Shown piece after piece: positions 26,897-36,077 of a stretch of 64,000 nt of DNA. The translations under genes and the position numbers were made by a program. Source of the DNA: Bdellovibrionaceae bacterium UBA6776 (lineage in GTDB: Bacteria > Bdellovibrionota > Bdellovibrionia > Bdellovibrionales > UBA1609); contig DKGG01000039.1 of the NCBI GenBank assembly GCA_002453155.1, positions 3,714 through 67,713 on the forward strand. The letters are read 5' to 3'. The notes under the pieces are model-generated. The model ran no database searches. It had not been told where the DNA came from and worked only from the letters and a program-made list of their open reading frames with translations. Positions within the stretch are counted from its first letter, which is position 1, and each line of letters starts with the position of its first letter.

Positions 26897-27624
26897 GTTT
26901 GGAAGACCAAGAGCAAAGCCTGGTTGATCACCTGACGGAGCTTCGCAAGCGCTTGGTTTATGCTTTCCTTGCAATTGCTGTTGGGATGGGTGTGTGTTGG
27001 GCCTTTTCCGAACAGTTGATGGATTTGATTCGAAATCCAATTCTTCCTTATTTGCCAGAGGGGGGGTTGATTTTCACTGGAGTGATGGACAAGTTTATGG
27101 CTCATGTGAAGGTGGCTTTAGCTGGCGGAGTGGTGTTGAGCTGTCCCTTCTGGCTTTTTCAAGTTTGGAAGTTTGTTTCTCCAGGTCTTTATGAGAACGA
27201 ACGCAAGTATGCGGGTGCGTTTATCGGCGTTGGATCTTTGCTGTTTATCACCGGAATTTTGTTTGTCTATTTCTTTGTTTATCCCATGGCCTTTAGTTTT
27301 TTGATGGGTTTTGGTGGCATGGAAGACAAACCCATGATTTCAATATCTGAGTATTTGTCTTTTTTCACCACGACCACTCTTCTATTTGGATTGGCTTTTG
27401 AGTTGCCGTTGATTTTAGTGATCTTGGCATTGATTGGATTGATTGATGCTCAGTTCCTGAAGAAAAATCGCAGATACGCCATTGTAGTTTTGGCGCTGGT
27501 TTCGGCATTTTTGACTCCCCCAGATGTGATTTCCATGGGTATGATGATGGCGCCATTGATGCTACTTTATGAATCTGCAATTTGGGCGATTGTCTTCTTG
27601 GTCCGTAAACGCCCCGCGGTTTAG
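26893..27624 (+). CDS. tatC: Twin-arginine translocase subunit TatC
   Basis: 243 aa with six TM segments. It has LVDHLTELRKRL and LTPPDVISM motifs typical of TatC. Confidence 0.92.
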   Translation: MSLEDQEQSLVDHLTELRKRLVYAFLAIAVGMGVCWAFSEQLMDLIRNPILPYLPEGGLIFTGVMDKFMAHVKVALAGGVVLSCPFWLFQVWKFVSPGLYENERKYAGAFIGVGSLLFITGILFVYFFVYPMAFSFLMGFGGMEDKPMISISEYLSFFTTTTLLFGLAFELPLILVILALIGLIDAQFLKKNRRYAIVVLALVSAFLTPPDVISMGMMMAPLMLLYESAIWAIVFLVRKRPAV

Positions 27625-27682
27625 AATGGGTCTATTTTTACCGTTCACTATTTACAGTAAAATCAATTCGGTGTTAGCCTTT

Positions 27683-27710
27683 TTGAGGTGAAATCTATTT
27701 AACCTAAAAT
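27683..27710 (+). promoter_or_regulatory. Possible sigma70-type promoter (TTGAGG-N16-TAAAAT) for the inserted lipoprotein gene
   Basis: -35-like at 27683-27688 and -10-like at 27705-27710, followed by GAAGG and the ATG at 27725. This is a motif match by eye. Confidence 0.35.
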
Positions 27711-27724
27711 TTGAAGGAATTGTA

Positions 27725-28132
27725 ATGAAACACTTACCTCTTATTCTTTTGAGCATAATTATATCCGGATGCGCGCACGCAAAAATAGATAGCAAAAAAA
27801 TGAGGGAACCGGCTCACGTTGCAAGTGAGGACTTTGATGAGCCGAGTACCTTGGTATATTTACTCTCTAATATTATTCCAGATATTTATTCAAACAAATT
27901 AAGCCAAGACGACATTGCGCCCGCGAATAAAAAAGATCTAGGAGCTCTTGTTTCCATTGGATATGAGGTAAAGCGGATTGCATTTCTACAAGACCATGAG
28001 AAATGCAAAATTCAAATTTGGGCACAGCACCCAGAACTTGGCCAGTCAGTTGTCTATTATTCTATTACAAAAAGAAGTCCTCTTAGACAGAGCAATTTTT
28101 ATCAAAGACATTGTCAATTCCACACTCACTAG
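27725..28132 (+). CDS. Hypothetical lipoprotein (135 aa)
   Basis: Lipobox LSIIISGCAHA. The codons are A/T-rich and I recognised no family motif. Confidence 0.55.
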   Translation: MKHLPLILLSIIISGCAHAKIDSKKMREPAHVASEDFDEPSTLVYLLSNIIPDIYSNKLSQDDIAPANKKDLGALVSIGYEVKRIAFLQDHEKCKIQIWAQHPELGQSVVYYSITKRSPLRQSNFYQRHCQFHTH

Positions 28133-28161
28133 TATCCATTTGATATCGTGAAGTGATTCAG

Positions 28162-28192
28162 AAAAATGCAGGTTTTTGACCTGCATTTTTTT
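28162..28192 (+). terminator. Rho-independent terminator (bidirectional A/T-flanked hairpin)
   Basis: aaaaatgcaggt-ttttg-acctgcattttt forms a 12-bp stem that includes the A and T tracts, followed by more T. It lies 30 nt after the lipoprotein stop. Confidence 0.7.
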
Positions 28193-28287
28193 CTGAGCGC
28201 CGACTAAACGCTGTGTCATTGCCGAAAGAAACTTAAATTCAAGATTTACGATTTCCTTCGGCATTCAAGACCCATTTAAATTTCTAT
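28183..28287 (+). repeat. Structured 3-prime module, copy 1 (direct repeat of 29242-29335)
   Basis: gcatttttttctgagcgcc...tgtcattgccgaaagaaa...tcggcattcaagacccatttaaatttctat. It contains an 11/12-bp hairpin, tgccgaaagaaa (28220-28231) paired with tttccttcggca (28252-28263). Confidence 0.8.
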
Positions 28288-28347
28288 TTTTAACATTTTA
28301 AAACCTATTAAAGTGACTTCGAGATTCGGGTGAATTATCCAAATCAC

Positions 28348-29220
28348 ATGGAAAAATGGATATCATTTATTATTCTTTCGATCACATTTTGCGGTTGCGT
28401 TCATAAAAATATAAAATCGAGTGGCGGAGACATTGAAGAGATTCCTATAATTTCCCAGTCAGCAGACGGAACGTCCATAACGAGCTGGTTGTATCCTCAA
28501 TTTGCAGCAAATAATAAAGGTCTAATGGTTTATTTGCACGGAGGCCCTCATATTTCGGTTAGAAATGAAATGCCAGCAGTTATATCGTTCTTTCGAAAGA
28601 TCGGTTTTAGTGTGTTGGGCATTGATTATCGAGGAAGCCGTGGTTATGGAGTCAATTTTCAAAATACCATTCAAGGAAATTTAGGCGATCGAGAGATAGA
28701 AGACGTATATTCATCATTGAAATCCTTTTTGGCGTTGAATCCAATATACTCTGATAAGCCGATTTTTCTTTCTGGGCATTCTTATGGTGGATTTCTTGCT
28801 TTGTTAATCTCTATTGATTCGAAAAATCCTTTCCAAAAAATAGTTGCCATGGCGGCGCCATCAGATTTGAGAAAAGTGTATGCATCACTGGAAAAATGTT
28901 CCTTGCCTGCTTGTATAGGAGCGAGACGAGAAATGAGAGAAGACATCTATGGATCTGAGTCTGACGCCACCTATCTTTCTAGAAGAAATCCATTGGCAAT
29001 GACCTCTAAGATTGGCGTCCCAGTCTACGTAGTGCAAGGAGAACTGGATCCATTTGTTCCTATGTCGTTGACGAAGAAGTTCATAGCAGCGTCAAAGAAG
29101 AATAAGAGAAGTGTAGAATTGTTGATTTTGTCAGGAGTGGGACACGACTTAGGAGCCATGAATTCTCCCGAAGATTTTATGAAGAACCTAGCTCCAGTCT
29201 CTACATTTTTAGAAAATTAA
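28348..29220 (+). CDS. Alpha/beta hydrolase, S9 prolyl-oligopeptidase / dienelactone-hydrolase-like, probable lipoprotein
   Basis: The tracked ORF starts at the GTG at 28330. The ATG at 28348 gives MEKWISFIILSITFCGC (lipobox). It has the nucleophile elbow GHSYGG, then VQGELDPFVP (Asp) and GVGHDL (His). Confidence 0.75.
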   Translation: MEKWISFIILSITFCGCVHKNIKSSGGDIEEIPIISQSADGTSITSWLYPQFAANNKGLMVYLHGGPHISVRNEMPAVISFFRKIGFSVLGIDYRGSRGYGVNFQNTIQGNLGDREIEDVYSSLKSFLALNPIYSDKPIFLSGHSYGGFLALLISIDSKNPFQKIVAMAAPSDLRKVYASLEKCSLPACIGARREMREDIYGSESDATYLSRRNPLAMTSKIGVPVYVVQGELDPFVPMSLTKKFIAASKKNKRSVELLILSGVGHDLGAMNSPEDFMKNLAPVSTFLEN

Positions 29221-29241
29221 TGGTGCTCACTTGAAAATGTT

Positions 29242-29335
29242 GCATTTTTTTCTGAGCGCCTTGTCATTGCCGAAAGAAAATTCAATTCAAGATTAGCGAT
29301 TTCTGTCGGCATTCAAGACCCATTTAAATTTCTAT
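29242..29335 (+). repeat. Structured 3-prime module, copy 2 (direct repeat of 28183-28287)
   Basis: My hand alignment to copy 1 gives about 87 of 93 aligned positions identical, plus one 11-nt indel. The terminator hairpin preceding copy 1 is internally deleted here (gaaaatgttgcattttttt). Confidence 0.8.
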
Positions 29336-29462
29336 ATCCAAGGATTCATAGATATAGACCTTCAGTAAACGTGAAGTGATTTGCTCGAAGAGCAAATACT
29401 GGTAGAGCCCATGGATGGGCGTGTCTGTCTCTATGAATCCTTGGATATAGAAATTTAAATGG
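29320..29462. repeat. 143-bp element bounded by 33-bp perfect inverted repeats (MITE-like or a long structured RNA/terminator)
   Basis: ccatttaaatttctatatccaaggattcataga (29320-29352) is the exact reverse complement of 29430-29462; I checked it base by base. The 77-nt spacer contains sub-hairpins atttgctc-gaa-gagcaaat and gcccat-gg-atgggc. The right arm ends 13 nt from the mutase stop. Confidence 0.75.
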
Positions 29463-29475
29463 AACGTGAACCGAA

Positions 29476-31071
29476 CTAAAGAGTGATCTTTTCTTGGAAT
29501 TTTCCAAAGACACCGCGAAGGGCGTCGGAGATTTCCCCAAGAGTCACATGTTTTTCCACAGCAGAAACAAAATGTGGCATCAAGTTCGCTCCAGATTTGG
29601 CGGCGTCGGTGATCTTTGCCAATTCCGATGCAACTTCATCGGCATTCCTTCCGCTTTTAAACTTTTTCAATCGCGCAATTTGTTCATTGGCAACAGCTTC
29701 GGAAACTTTCAAAGTCTCAAAGGGAGGTTCGTTTTCAAGGACATACTTGTTTACGCCAACCACGATCTCGGAGCCACCTTCTAGATTCTTTTGAAACTGA
29801 TAAGCAGCGTTTTGAATTTCGGACTGAATCCAACCGGACTCAATACAGGTGACCACACCCCCTTGGGTTTCGATCCGTTCGATCAAATCCAAGGCCTTCT
29901 TCTCAAGATCGTTGGTCAAAGACTCCACATAATAGGAACCCGCCAAAGGATCCACCACATCTGGCACACCCGTTTCTTCTGCCAAAATCTGCTGGGTCCG
30001 AAGAGCAATGGTTGCGGACTTTTCCGTGGGAAGCCCCAAGGCCTCATCCATAGAGTTGGTGTGCAAACTTTGAGTGCCACCCATCACAGAGGCCATGGCT
30101 TGATAAGCCACGCGGACAATGTTGTTTTCGGGCTGTTGAGCAGTCAATGTGGAGCCGGCAACTTGCGAGTGAAAACGAAGCTTCATCGCTTTCGGATCTG
30201 TGGCTCCAAAGCGCTCTTTCATAATGTGCGCCCACATTCTTCGAGCGGCTCTAAACTTTGCCACCTCTTCAAAGAAGTTGTTGTGAACGTTAAAGAAAAA
30301 GCTCAGTCGCTTTCCAAACAGATTCACATCTAAGCCTTTATCAATGGCCGCTTGAACATAAGTCATTCCATTAGCCAAAGTGAAAGCCAATTCTTGTGCG
30401 GCCGTACTACCGGCTTCACGAATGTGGTAACCACTGATTGAAATGGTGTTCCACTCGGGAACTTCCTTCGAGCAATAATCAAAAATATCTGTGATCAATC
30501 GAAGACTGGGCTTCGGAGGATAAATGTAAGTTCCCCGAGCGATGTATTCTTTCAGCAAATCATTCTGAATGGTTCCGCGAAGTTTCTTGGGATCAATGCC
30601 TCGTCTTTTTGCCACTGCGATATAAAGAGCCAGCAAAATTCCCGCAGTGGAATTGATGGTCATGGATGTTGAAATGTCCCCTAAGGGAAGGCCATCAAAC
30701 AGAATTTCCATGTCTTCAATCGAGCTGACCGCAACACCCACTTTGCCCACTTCGCCTGTGGACATAATGTGATCCGAATCGTAGCCCATTTGGGTGGGAA
30801 GGTCGAAAGCCACACTAAGGCCCGTGGTTCCTTTTTCCATAAGCATTTTGTAGCGCTCATTGCTCTCTTTGGCCGAGCCAAAACCGGCATACTGTCTCAT
30901 GGTCCAAAACCGACCGCGGTACATGTTGGGCTGAACCCCTCTTGTAAAGGGGTACTCTCCAGGATCGCCTAAATTGTCGGAAAAATTTTGATCAGGAAGA
31001 TCCGAAGGAGTGTAAGTGTTTTTGAGTTCAATCTGACTGGAGTTCAAAAATTTAGACTTACGCTCTTTCAT
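29476..31071 (-). CDS. Methylmalonyl-CoA mutase, catalytic (large, TIM-barrel) subunit without the B12-binding domain
   Basis: 531 aa. It has [56 protein letters not shown] and the C-terminal [16 protein letters not shown]. The protein ends where the linker and cobalamin-binding domain begin in fused mutases. Confidence 0.9.
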   Translation of the reverse strand: MKERKSKFLNSSQIELKNTYTPSDLPDQNFSDNLGDPGEYPFTRGVQPNMYRGRFWTMRQYAGFGSAKESNERYKMLMEKGTTGLSVAFDLPTQMGYDSDHIMSTGEVGKVGVAVSSIEDMEILFDGLPLGDISTSMTINSTAGILLALYIAVAKRRGIDPKKLRGTIQNDLLKEYIARGTYIYPPKPSLRLITDIFDYCSKEVPEWNTISISGYHIREAGSTAAQELAFTLANGMTYVQAAIDKGLDVNLFGKRLSFFFNVHNNFFEEVAKFRAARRMWAHIMKERFGATDPKAMKLRFHSQVAGSTLTAQQPENNIVRVAYQAMASVMGGTQSLHTNSMDEALGLPTEKSATIALRTQQILAEETGVPDVVDPLAGSYYVESLTNDLEKKALDLIERIETQGGVVTCIESGWIQSEIQNAAYQFQKNLEGGSEIVVGVNKYVLENEPPFETLKVSEAVANEQIARLKKFKSGRNADEVASELAKITDAAKSGANLMPHFVSAVEKHVTLGEISDALRGVFGKFQEKITL

Positions 31072-31078
31072 AAAATTC

Positions 31079-31606
31079 CTATACCGGTTCGAAGGTGATC
31101 AGTTGGGCGCCAGATTCCACGTTGTCTCCGGCTTTTACAAGAACCTCTTTGATTTTCACACTGTGAGAAGCGCGCATTTCGTTTTCCATCTTCATGGCTT
31201 CCATAATCAACAAAGGTTCGCCTTCTTCAACCACGTCTCCGGCAGACACAAAGACCTTTACAATTTTCCCAGGCATTCCTGAGGCCAAATTGGACGCAGA
31301 GCCCATGGCTCCACCAGCCTTAAGACTTTCGTGAAGAAGAGTCTCTTCGTTGTAGATTTTAAAGTTTTTGTAAACACCACGAGTGTAAACGTCGAATTCG
31401 GTTCCTTTGGGAATCACGTCAATCAAGTAAGAGCTGTCTTTAAAAAGAAAGCTCACCGTTTCATCCAAGTAACGATAATCTTCCTTGGAAATTTCATAGT
31501 TCTTCCACTCTTCGCCCTCAGACTGAAAACTCACTTTCCAATGAGTTTTCGTCTCGTGCACATTCACTTGATATTTCTTTCCGTTGGATTCAGCTTCGAA
31601 AAACAT
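31079..31606 (-). CDS. Biotin carboxyl carrier protein with an N-terminal ~100-aa domain (C-terminal part of a split PCC/ACC alpha subunit)
   Basis: The biotinyl domain has EAMKMENE (biotin-Lys in AMKM). I prefer the ATG at 31606, which overlaps the upstream stop as TGATG, over the tracked start at 31648. Confidence 0.8.
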   Translation of the reverse strand: MFFEAESNGKKYQVNVHETKTHWKVSFQSEGEEWKNYEISKEDYRYLDETVSFLFKDSSYLIDVIPKGTEFDVYTRGVYKNFKIYNEETLLHESLKAGGAMGSASNLASGMPGKIVKVFVSAGDVVEEGEPLLIMEAMKMENEMRASHSVKIKEVLVKAGDNVESGAQLITFEPV

Positions 31607-33108
31607 CAGAATTTCCTCAATGCAGAAATGCGTCCAGACCGTTTCCATTGACTTGCAACATTCACATCACTCACATCTTGAGATTTGCTTTCGTTATAAG
31701 CTTCGATGGCAGCGGAAATTAAAAAGACTTCCTCGTCCACAAACATAAAAAGTTCCTTTTGCTTCTTGCCGGCCACTTCATTGTCTAGAAACTGAGTGGT
31801 GTAAGAGCCATCCAAGAACTTTTTGTGAATCAAAATGTTCTTGTGGAGCAAAATGTTACTTTTGATTCCAGTGAGCATAAATTCAGCCAATGCGCGCTGA
31901 AGACCCTTTACGCATTGATCCCGGTCTTTCCCCCAAACAATCATTTTTGAAATCATGGGATCATAGTGAATGGGAACTTCGTAGCCAGGGTAGGCACAGT
32001 TGTCCAAACGAACAAAAGGTCCTTGCGGCAATCGGCAGCGTCGAATCAACCCAGGGCTTGGAATAAAAGTCTTCGGATCTTCAGCGCAAATTCGAAGTTC
32101 AATGGCATGACCTTTGAGCTTGATGTCCTCTTGAGTGAAAGACAGTTTGTTTCCAAGAGCCACATTGATCTGCTCTTTCACCAAATCAAATCCGGTTACC
32201 ATTTCGGTCACAGGGTGTTCCACCTGAAGACGAGTGTTCATCTCCATAAAGAAGAACTCTTTGGTGTTGTTGTCGAAAATAAATTCAATCGTTCCGGCAC
32301 CCACATATTGAATGCTTTTGGCGGCCGTAACCGAGACTTCTCCCATCTTCTGACGAACTTCATCAGGAACGGAAATGCTCGGACTTTCTTCGATCAACTT
32401 TTGATGGCGTCTTTGCATGGAACATTCACGCTCGAACAAGTGAACCACGTTGCCATGGGTGTCGCCGAAAACTTGGATCTCAATGTGTTTTGGATTTTGA
32501 ATAAAGCGTTCGATAAAAACACGGTCGTCGCGAAAAAAATTCTTTCCTTCGGATTGGCAGGCTCGAAAGGACGAAGCCAACTCCTTGGGTTCGTGAACCA
32601 CGCGAATTCCTTTTCCGCCACCTCCGGCAGAGGCTTTGATGATCACTGGAAAACCAATGCGTTGAGCCTCTTTCTCGGCTTCCTCAACCGTCGTCACTGG
32701 GCCGGGACTTCCCGGAACAGTGGGCACACCCGCCTTCTTCATCAGTTCCCGAGAGTTGAGTTTGTCTCCCATGGCTATGATGTTTTCTGTGGTTGGACCA
32801 ATAAATGTCAGGCCAGCCTCTTTGACAGCTTTTGCAAATTCGGCGGATTCACTGAGGAATCCGTATCCGGGGTGAATCGCTTCCGCTCCCGATTTTTTTG
32901 CAACTTCAATGATCTTGTCGATCCGCAAATAAGATTCGGAACTGGGTGCAGGACCAATGTGATAAGCTTCGTCCGCCAGCATGACATGAAGTCCATTTCG
33001 ATCGGCTTCGCTGTAAACCGCCACGGAAGCAATTCCCAATTCACGAAGAGTGCGAGTCACTCGAATTGCGATTTCTCCACGGTTGGCGATGAGAACTTTT
33101 TTAAACAT
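31606..33108 (-). CDS. Biotin carboxylase (acetyl/propionyl-CoA carboxylase alpha, BC domain)
   Basis: 500 aa. It has MFKKVLIANRGEIAIRV, the ATP-grasp GGGGKGIRVV, and EMNTRLQVEHPVTE. Confidence 0.92.
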   Translation of the reverse strand: MFKKVLIANRGEIAIRVTRTLRELGIASVAVYSEADRNGLHVMLADEAYHIGPAPSSESYLRIDKIIEVAKKSGAEAIHPGYGFLSESAEFAKAVKEAGLTFIGPTTENIIAMGDKLNSRELMKKAGVPTVPGSPGPVTTVEEAEKEAQRIGFPVIIKASAGGGGKGIRVVHEPKELASSFRACQSEGKNFFRDDRVFIERFIQNPKHIEIQVFGDTHGNVVHLFERECSMQRRHQKLIEESPSISVPDEVRQKMGEVSVTAAKSIQYVGAGTIEFIFDNNTKEFFFMEMNTRLQVEHPVTEMVTGFDLVKEQINVALGNKLSFTQEDIKLKGHAIELRICAEDPKTFIPSPGLIRRCRLPQGPFVRLDNCAYPGYEVPIHYDPMISKMIVWGKDRDQCVKGLQRALAEFMLTGIKSNILLHKNILIHKKFLDGSYTTQFLDNEVAGKKQKELFMFVDEEVFLISAAIEAYNESKSQDVSDVNVASQWKRSGRISALRKF

Positions 33109-33117
33109 AGGTCTCTC

Positions 33118-34686
33118 CTACAAAGGAATGTTTCCGTGTTTCTTGGGGGGATTGCTATCCCGTTTGTTTTTTAGCATTTCCAAAGAATCGATCAGTCTCT
33201 TGCGAGTCATCGAAGGTTCAATCACTTCGTCAATGTAGCCCACTTCTGCAGCCACATAAGGGTTGTTGAACTTGGCTTCGTAATCTTGAGTCAATCGTGT
33301 TCTCTCGGCGGCTGGATCCGATGCTTTCGCGATGGCTGCACGTGAAATGATGTTTACGGCGCCCTCCGCACCCATCACCGCAATTTCTGCAGTGGGGTAG
33401 GCCAAGTTGATGTCACCACGAAGATGCTTCGAAGACATCACATCGTAGGCTCCACCGTAGGCTTTTCGAGTGATCAAGGTGATTTTGGGAACTGTGGCTT
33501 CCGCATAGGCGTAAAGTAGTTTTGCTCCGTGAGTGATAATTCCATTCCACTCTTGATCGGTTCCCGGAAGAAAGCCAGGAACGTCCACCAAGGTGACCAC
33601 GGGAATATTAAAGGCATCACAAAAGCGAACAAAGCGAGCCGCTTTGATGCTGGCCTCAATGTTCAAGCAACCAGCAAGAATTTGGGGTTGGTTGGCTACG
33701 ATTCCCACACTGCGACCATTCAAGCGCGCAAAGCCTACAATGATGTTTTGAGCATAGTGCTTGTGAATTTCTAAGAAGTAACCTTCGTCTACAACTTTAG
33801 AAATCAGTTCCAGCATATTGTAAGGCTTTTTGGAGCTATCAGGAATAAAACTGTTTAATGATTCTTCTACACGATCGGGGGGATCTTGAGTGGGAATCAC
33901 AGGCACGTCATCCAAATTATTGCTTGGCAAGAAGTTCAACAGTTCGCGAATCATCAACAAACAGTTGCGATCATCTTCGGTCGCGAAGTGGGCCACACCA
34001 GATTTACTGGAGTGAGTGGTTGCTCCTCCAAGATCTTCTTTGGAAACCTCTTCATGAGTGACCGCTTTGATCACATCCGGACCGGTGACGAACATGTAGC
34101 TGGAGTTTTTCACCATAAAGATAAAATCGGTTAGACTGGGGCTGTAAACCGCACCGCCGGCACAGGGGCCCATGATGGCGCTGATTTGAGGAATCACTCC
34201 AGAAGAAGTGACGTTTCTTAAGAAGATATCTGCATATCCTCCAAGAGCTTCCACGCCTTCTTGAATGCGAGCGCCCCCAGAGTCATTCAATCCAATCAAA
34301 GGCGCACCGTTTTTTAAAGCCATGTCCATGACTTTCAAAATTTTGTTGGCCTGTGTTCGCGACATACTTCCACCAAATACGGTGAAGTCTTGAGAGTAGA
34401 CATAAACGGTTTTGCCGTTCACTCGGCCGTAACCAGTCACAACGCCATCGCCAGCAATTTTTTGCTTTTCCATTCCAAAGTTGGAGCAACGGTGTTTTAC
34501 AAAACGATCGATCTCCACAAAACTTCCGGGATCCAAAAGCACATCCAACCGCTCGCGTGCAGTCAAACGACCTCCGGCTTTGTGCTTTTCAATCCGTGCT
34601 TCGCCTCCGCCAATAAAGGCTTCTTCGTTCAAAGATTCAAAAGCGCCCAGCTTTTCTTTGGTTGTGGTTGGTCTTTGGATCTCCAT
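33118..34686 (-). CDS. pccB: Propionyl-CoA carboxylase beta subunit / methylmalonyl-CoA carboxyltransferase
   Basis: 522 aa carboxyltransferase. It has [32 protein letters not shown] and [13 protein letters not shown]. Confidence 0.92.
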   Translation of the reverse strand: MEIQRPTTTKEKLGAFESLNEEAFIGGGEARIEKHKAGGRLTARERLDVLLDPGSFVEIDRFVKHRCSNFGMEKQKIAGDGVVTGYGRVNGKTVYVYSQDFTVFGGSMSRTQANKILKVMDMALKNGAPLIGLNDSGGARIQEGVEALGGYADIFLRNVTSSGVIPQISAIMGPCAGGAVYSPSLTDFIFMVKNSSYMFVTGPDVIKAVTHEEVSKEDLGGATTHSSKSGVAHFATEDDRNCLLMIRELLNFLPSNNLDDVPVIPTQDPPDRVEESLNSFIPDSSKKPYNMLELISKVVDEGYFLEIHKHYAQNIIVGFARLNGRSVGIVANQPQILAGCLNIEASIKAARFVRFCDAFNIPVVTLVDVPGFLPGTDQEWNGIITHGAKLLYAYAEATVPKITLITRKAYGGAYDVMSSKHLRGDINLAYPTAEIAVMGAEGAVNIISRAAIAKASDPAAERTRLTQDYEAKFNNPYVAAEVGYIDEVIEPSMTRKRLIDSLEMLKNKRDSNPPKKHGNIPL

Positions 34687-34701
34687 ATATATGTCTCCTC
34701 T

Positions 34702-35991
34702 TTAGGGATGATATCTTCCGTACAATCTTGGAAAAGGAATCGTCTCGCGTACGTGGTTTAAGCCACACACCCAAGCCACAGTTCTTTCAAGCCCCAGTCC
34801 AAATCCAGAGTGGGGGAAAGTTCCGTATTTTCGTAGATCTAAATACCAATCAAAATCTTCTTGGTTCAGATCGTGTTCTTTGATTTTGCCAACAAGGGTT
34901 TCATAACTTTCTTCCCGCTGTCCGCCACCGATGATCTCGCCGTATCCTTCCGTTGCAAGAAGATCGCAACTCATAGAGTACTTGGGATCGTCATCATCTG
35001 CCTTCATGTAAAAGGCTTTGATGGCTGCAGGGTAGTGATGAACGAAAACAGGCTTGTCATATTGAGAGCTAATGATGGTTTCATCAGGAGCACCGAAGTC
35101 GTCTCCAACCACAAAATCAGGGTTTTCCTTTTTAATGATCTCACAGGCTTCTGCGTAGTGAAGTCTTGGGAAAGGTCCTTTGATTTTTTCAAGACCAGAA
35201 GTGTCTCTTTCGATGGCTTTCAACTCTTCGGCCTTGTTTTTCAAAGTGCGCTGAACAATGTACTCTACAAATTGCTCGGCCAACTCCATGTTGTCATAAA
35301 GATCATTGAAGGCCACTTCGGGTTCGATCATCCAAAACTCAATCAAGTGTCTTCGAGTTTTAGACTTTTCGGCGCGAAAGGTGGGGCCAAAGCAATAAAC
35401 TTTTCCAAAGGCTGCGGCAGCCGCCTCCATATAAAGTTGTCCACTTTGAGAAAGGTAAGCTTTTTGGTCAAAGTATTGAGTTTCAAAAAGTGTGGACGTT
35501 CCTTCGCAGGCACTGGGAGTAAAAATGGGAGCGTCCATCAAGGTAAAGCCGCGGCCATCAAAAAAGTCGCGCATGGCAGAAATCAATTCTGCACGGATGC
35601 GAAGAATTGCGTGTTGCCTTTTTGAACGCAGCCACAGGTGACGGTTGGTCATCAAAAAGTCCGTACCGTGTTCTTTGGGAGAGATGGGATAGTTTTCGCT
35701 TTTCGAAATCACTTTTAAATGAGTGGCTCCCAATTCGTATCCGCCGGGACTTCGAGCTTCCTCTTTGACGAGTCCTTGAACTTCAACAAAAGCTTCTTGC
35801 GAAAGATTTGGAAATTCCTCAAGGGCACTGTCTTCGCATTCCCCTTTGAAATATACACATTGGCAGAGACCGGTTCCGTCTCGAAGAAGCAAAAACTTCA
35901 CTTTTCCAGAAGACCGAAAGTTGTAGACCCAACCTTTTAGTGTGACCGACTGACCGACATGATCTTTGAGATCTGAAATCCAAACGCCCAT
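34702..35991 (-). CDS. asnS: Asparagine--tRNA ligase
   Basis: 429 aa class IIb synthetase. It has an N-terminal OB fold and [24 protein letters not shown] (AsnRS-type motif 2 region); motif 3 is [10 protein letters not shown]. Confidence 0.92.
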   Translation of the reverse strand: MGVWISDLKDHVGQSVTLKGWVYNFRSSGKVKFLLLRDGTGLCQCVYFKGECEDSALEEFPNLSQEAFVEVQGLVKEEARSPGGYELGATHLKVISKSENYPISPKEHGTDFLMTNRHLWLRSKRQHAILRIRAELISAMRDFFDGRGFTLMDAPIFTPSACEGTSTLFETQYFDQKAYLSQSGQLYMEAAAAAFGKVYCFGPTFRAEKSKTRRHLIEFWMIEPEVAFNDLYDNMELAEQFVEYIVQRTLKNKAEELKAIERDTSGLEKIKGPFPRLHYAEACEIIKKENPDFVVGDDFGAPDETIISSQYDKPVFVHHYPAAIKAFYMKADDDDPKYSMSCDLLATEGYGEIIGGGQREESYETLVGKIKEHDLNQEDFDWYLDLRKYGTFPHSGFGLGLERTVAWVCGLNHVRETIPFPRLYGRYHP

Positions 35992-36077
35992 AGAACCCCT
36001 CGTGTTTCAAACGGCAGAGACTACCATGGCTTAGGATGATTTTGGCAGTTTGAGAAGCGGGGAATGGGCGCGCAGCG

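Noticed and set aside
28183-29462. Interpretation of the repeated modules as integron attC sites (a gene-cassette array)
   Set aside because: I could not find the conserved R-box cores (RYYYAAC ... GTTRRRY) at the module ends. There is no intI-like integrase or attI in the window, and the flanks are core genes. I keep it only as a loose analogy in the finding.
29346-29540. 64-aa minus-strand ORF spanning the inverted-repeat element and the mutase 3-prime end
   Set aside because: It overlaps the mutase coding end in another frame and runs through the 33-bp repeat arm. It is more parsimoniously non-coding structured DNA.
31966-33174. 402-aa ORF on the plus strand
   Set aside because: It lies entirely antisense to the well-supported biotin carboxylase gene. 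Its translation is low-complexity-like with no motifs. Long antisense frames are common opposite highly conserved genes with biased codon usage.
34861-35625. 254-aa ORF on the plus strand
   Set aside because: It is antisense to asnS, which has clear class II synthetase motifs. It has no RBS or motif support.
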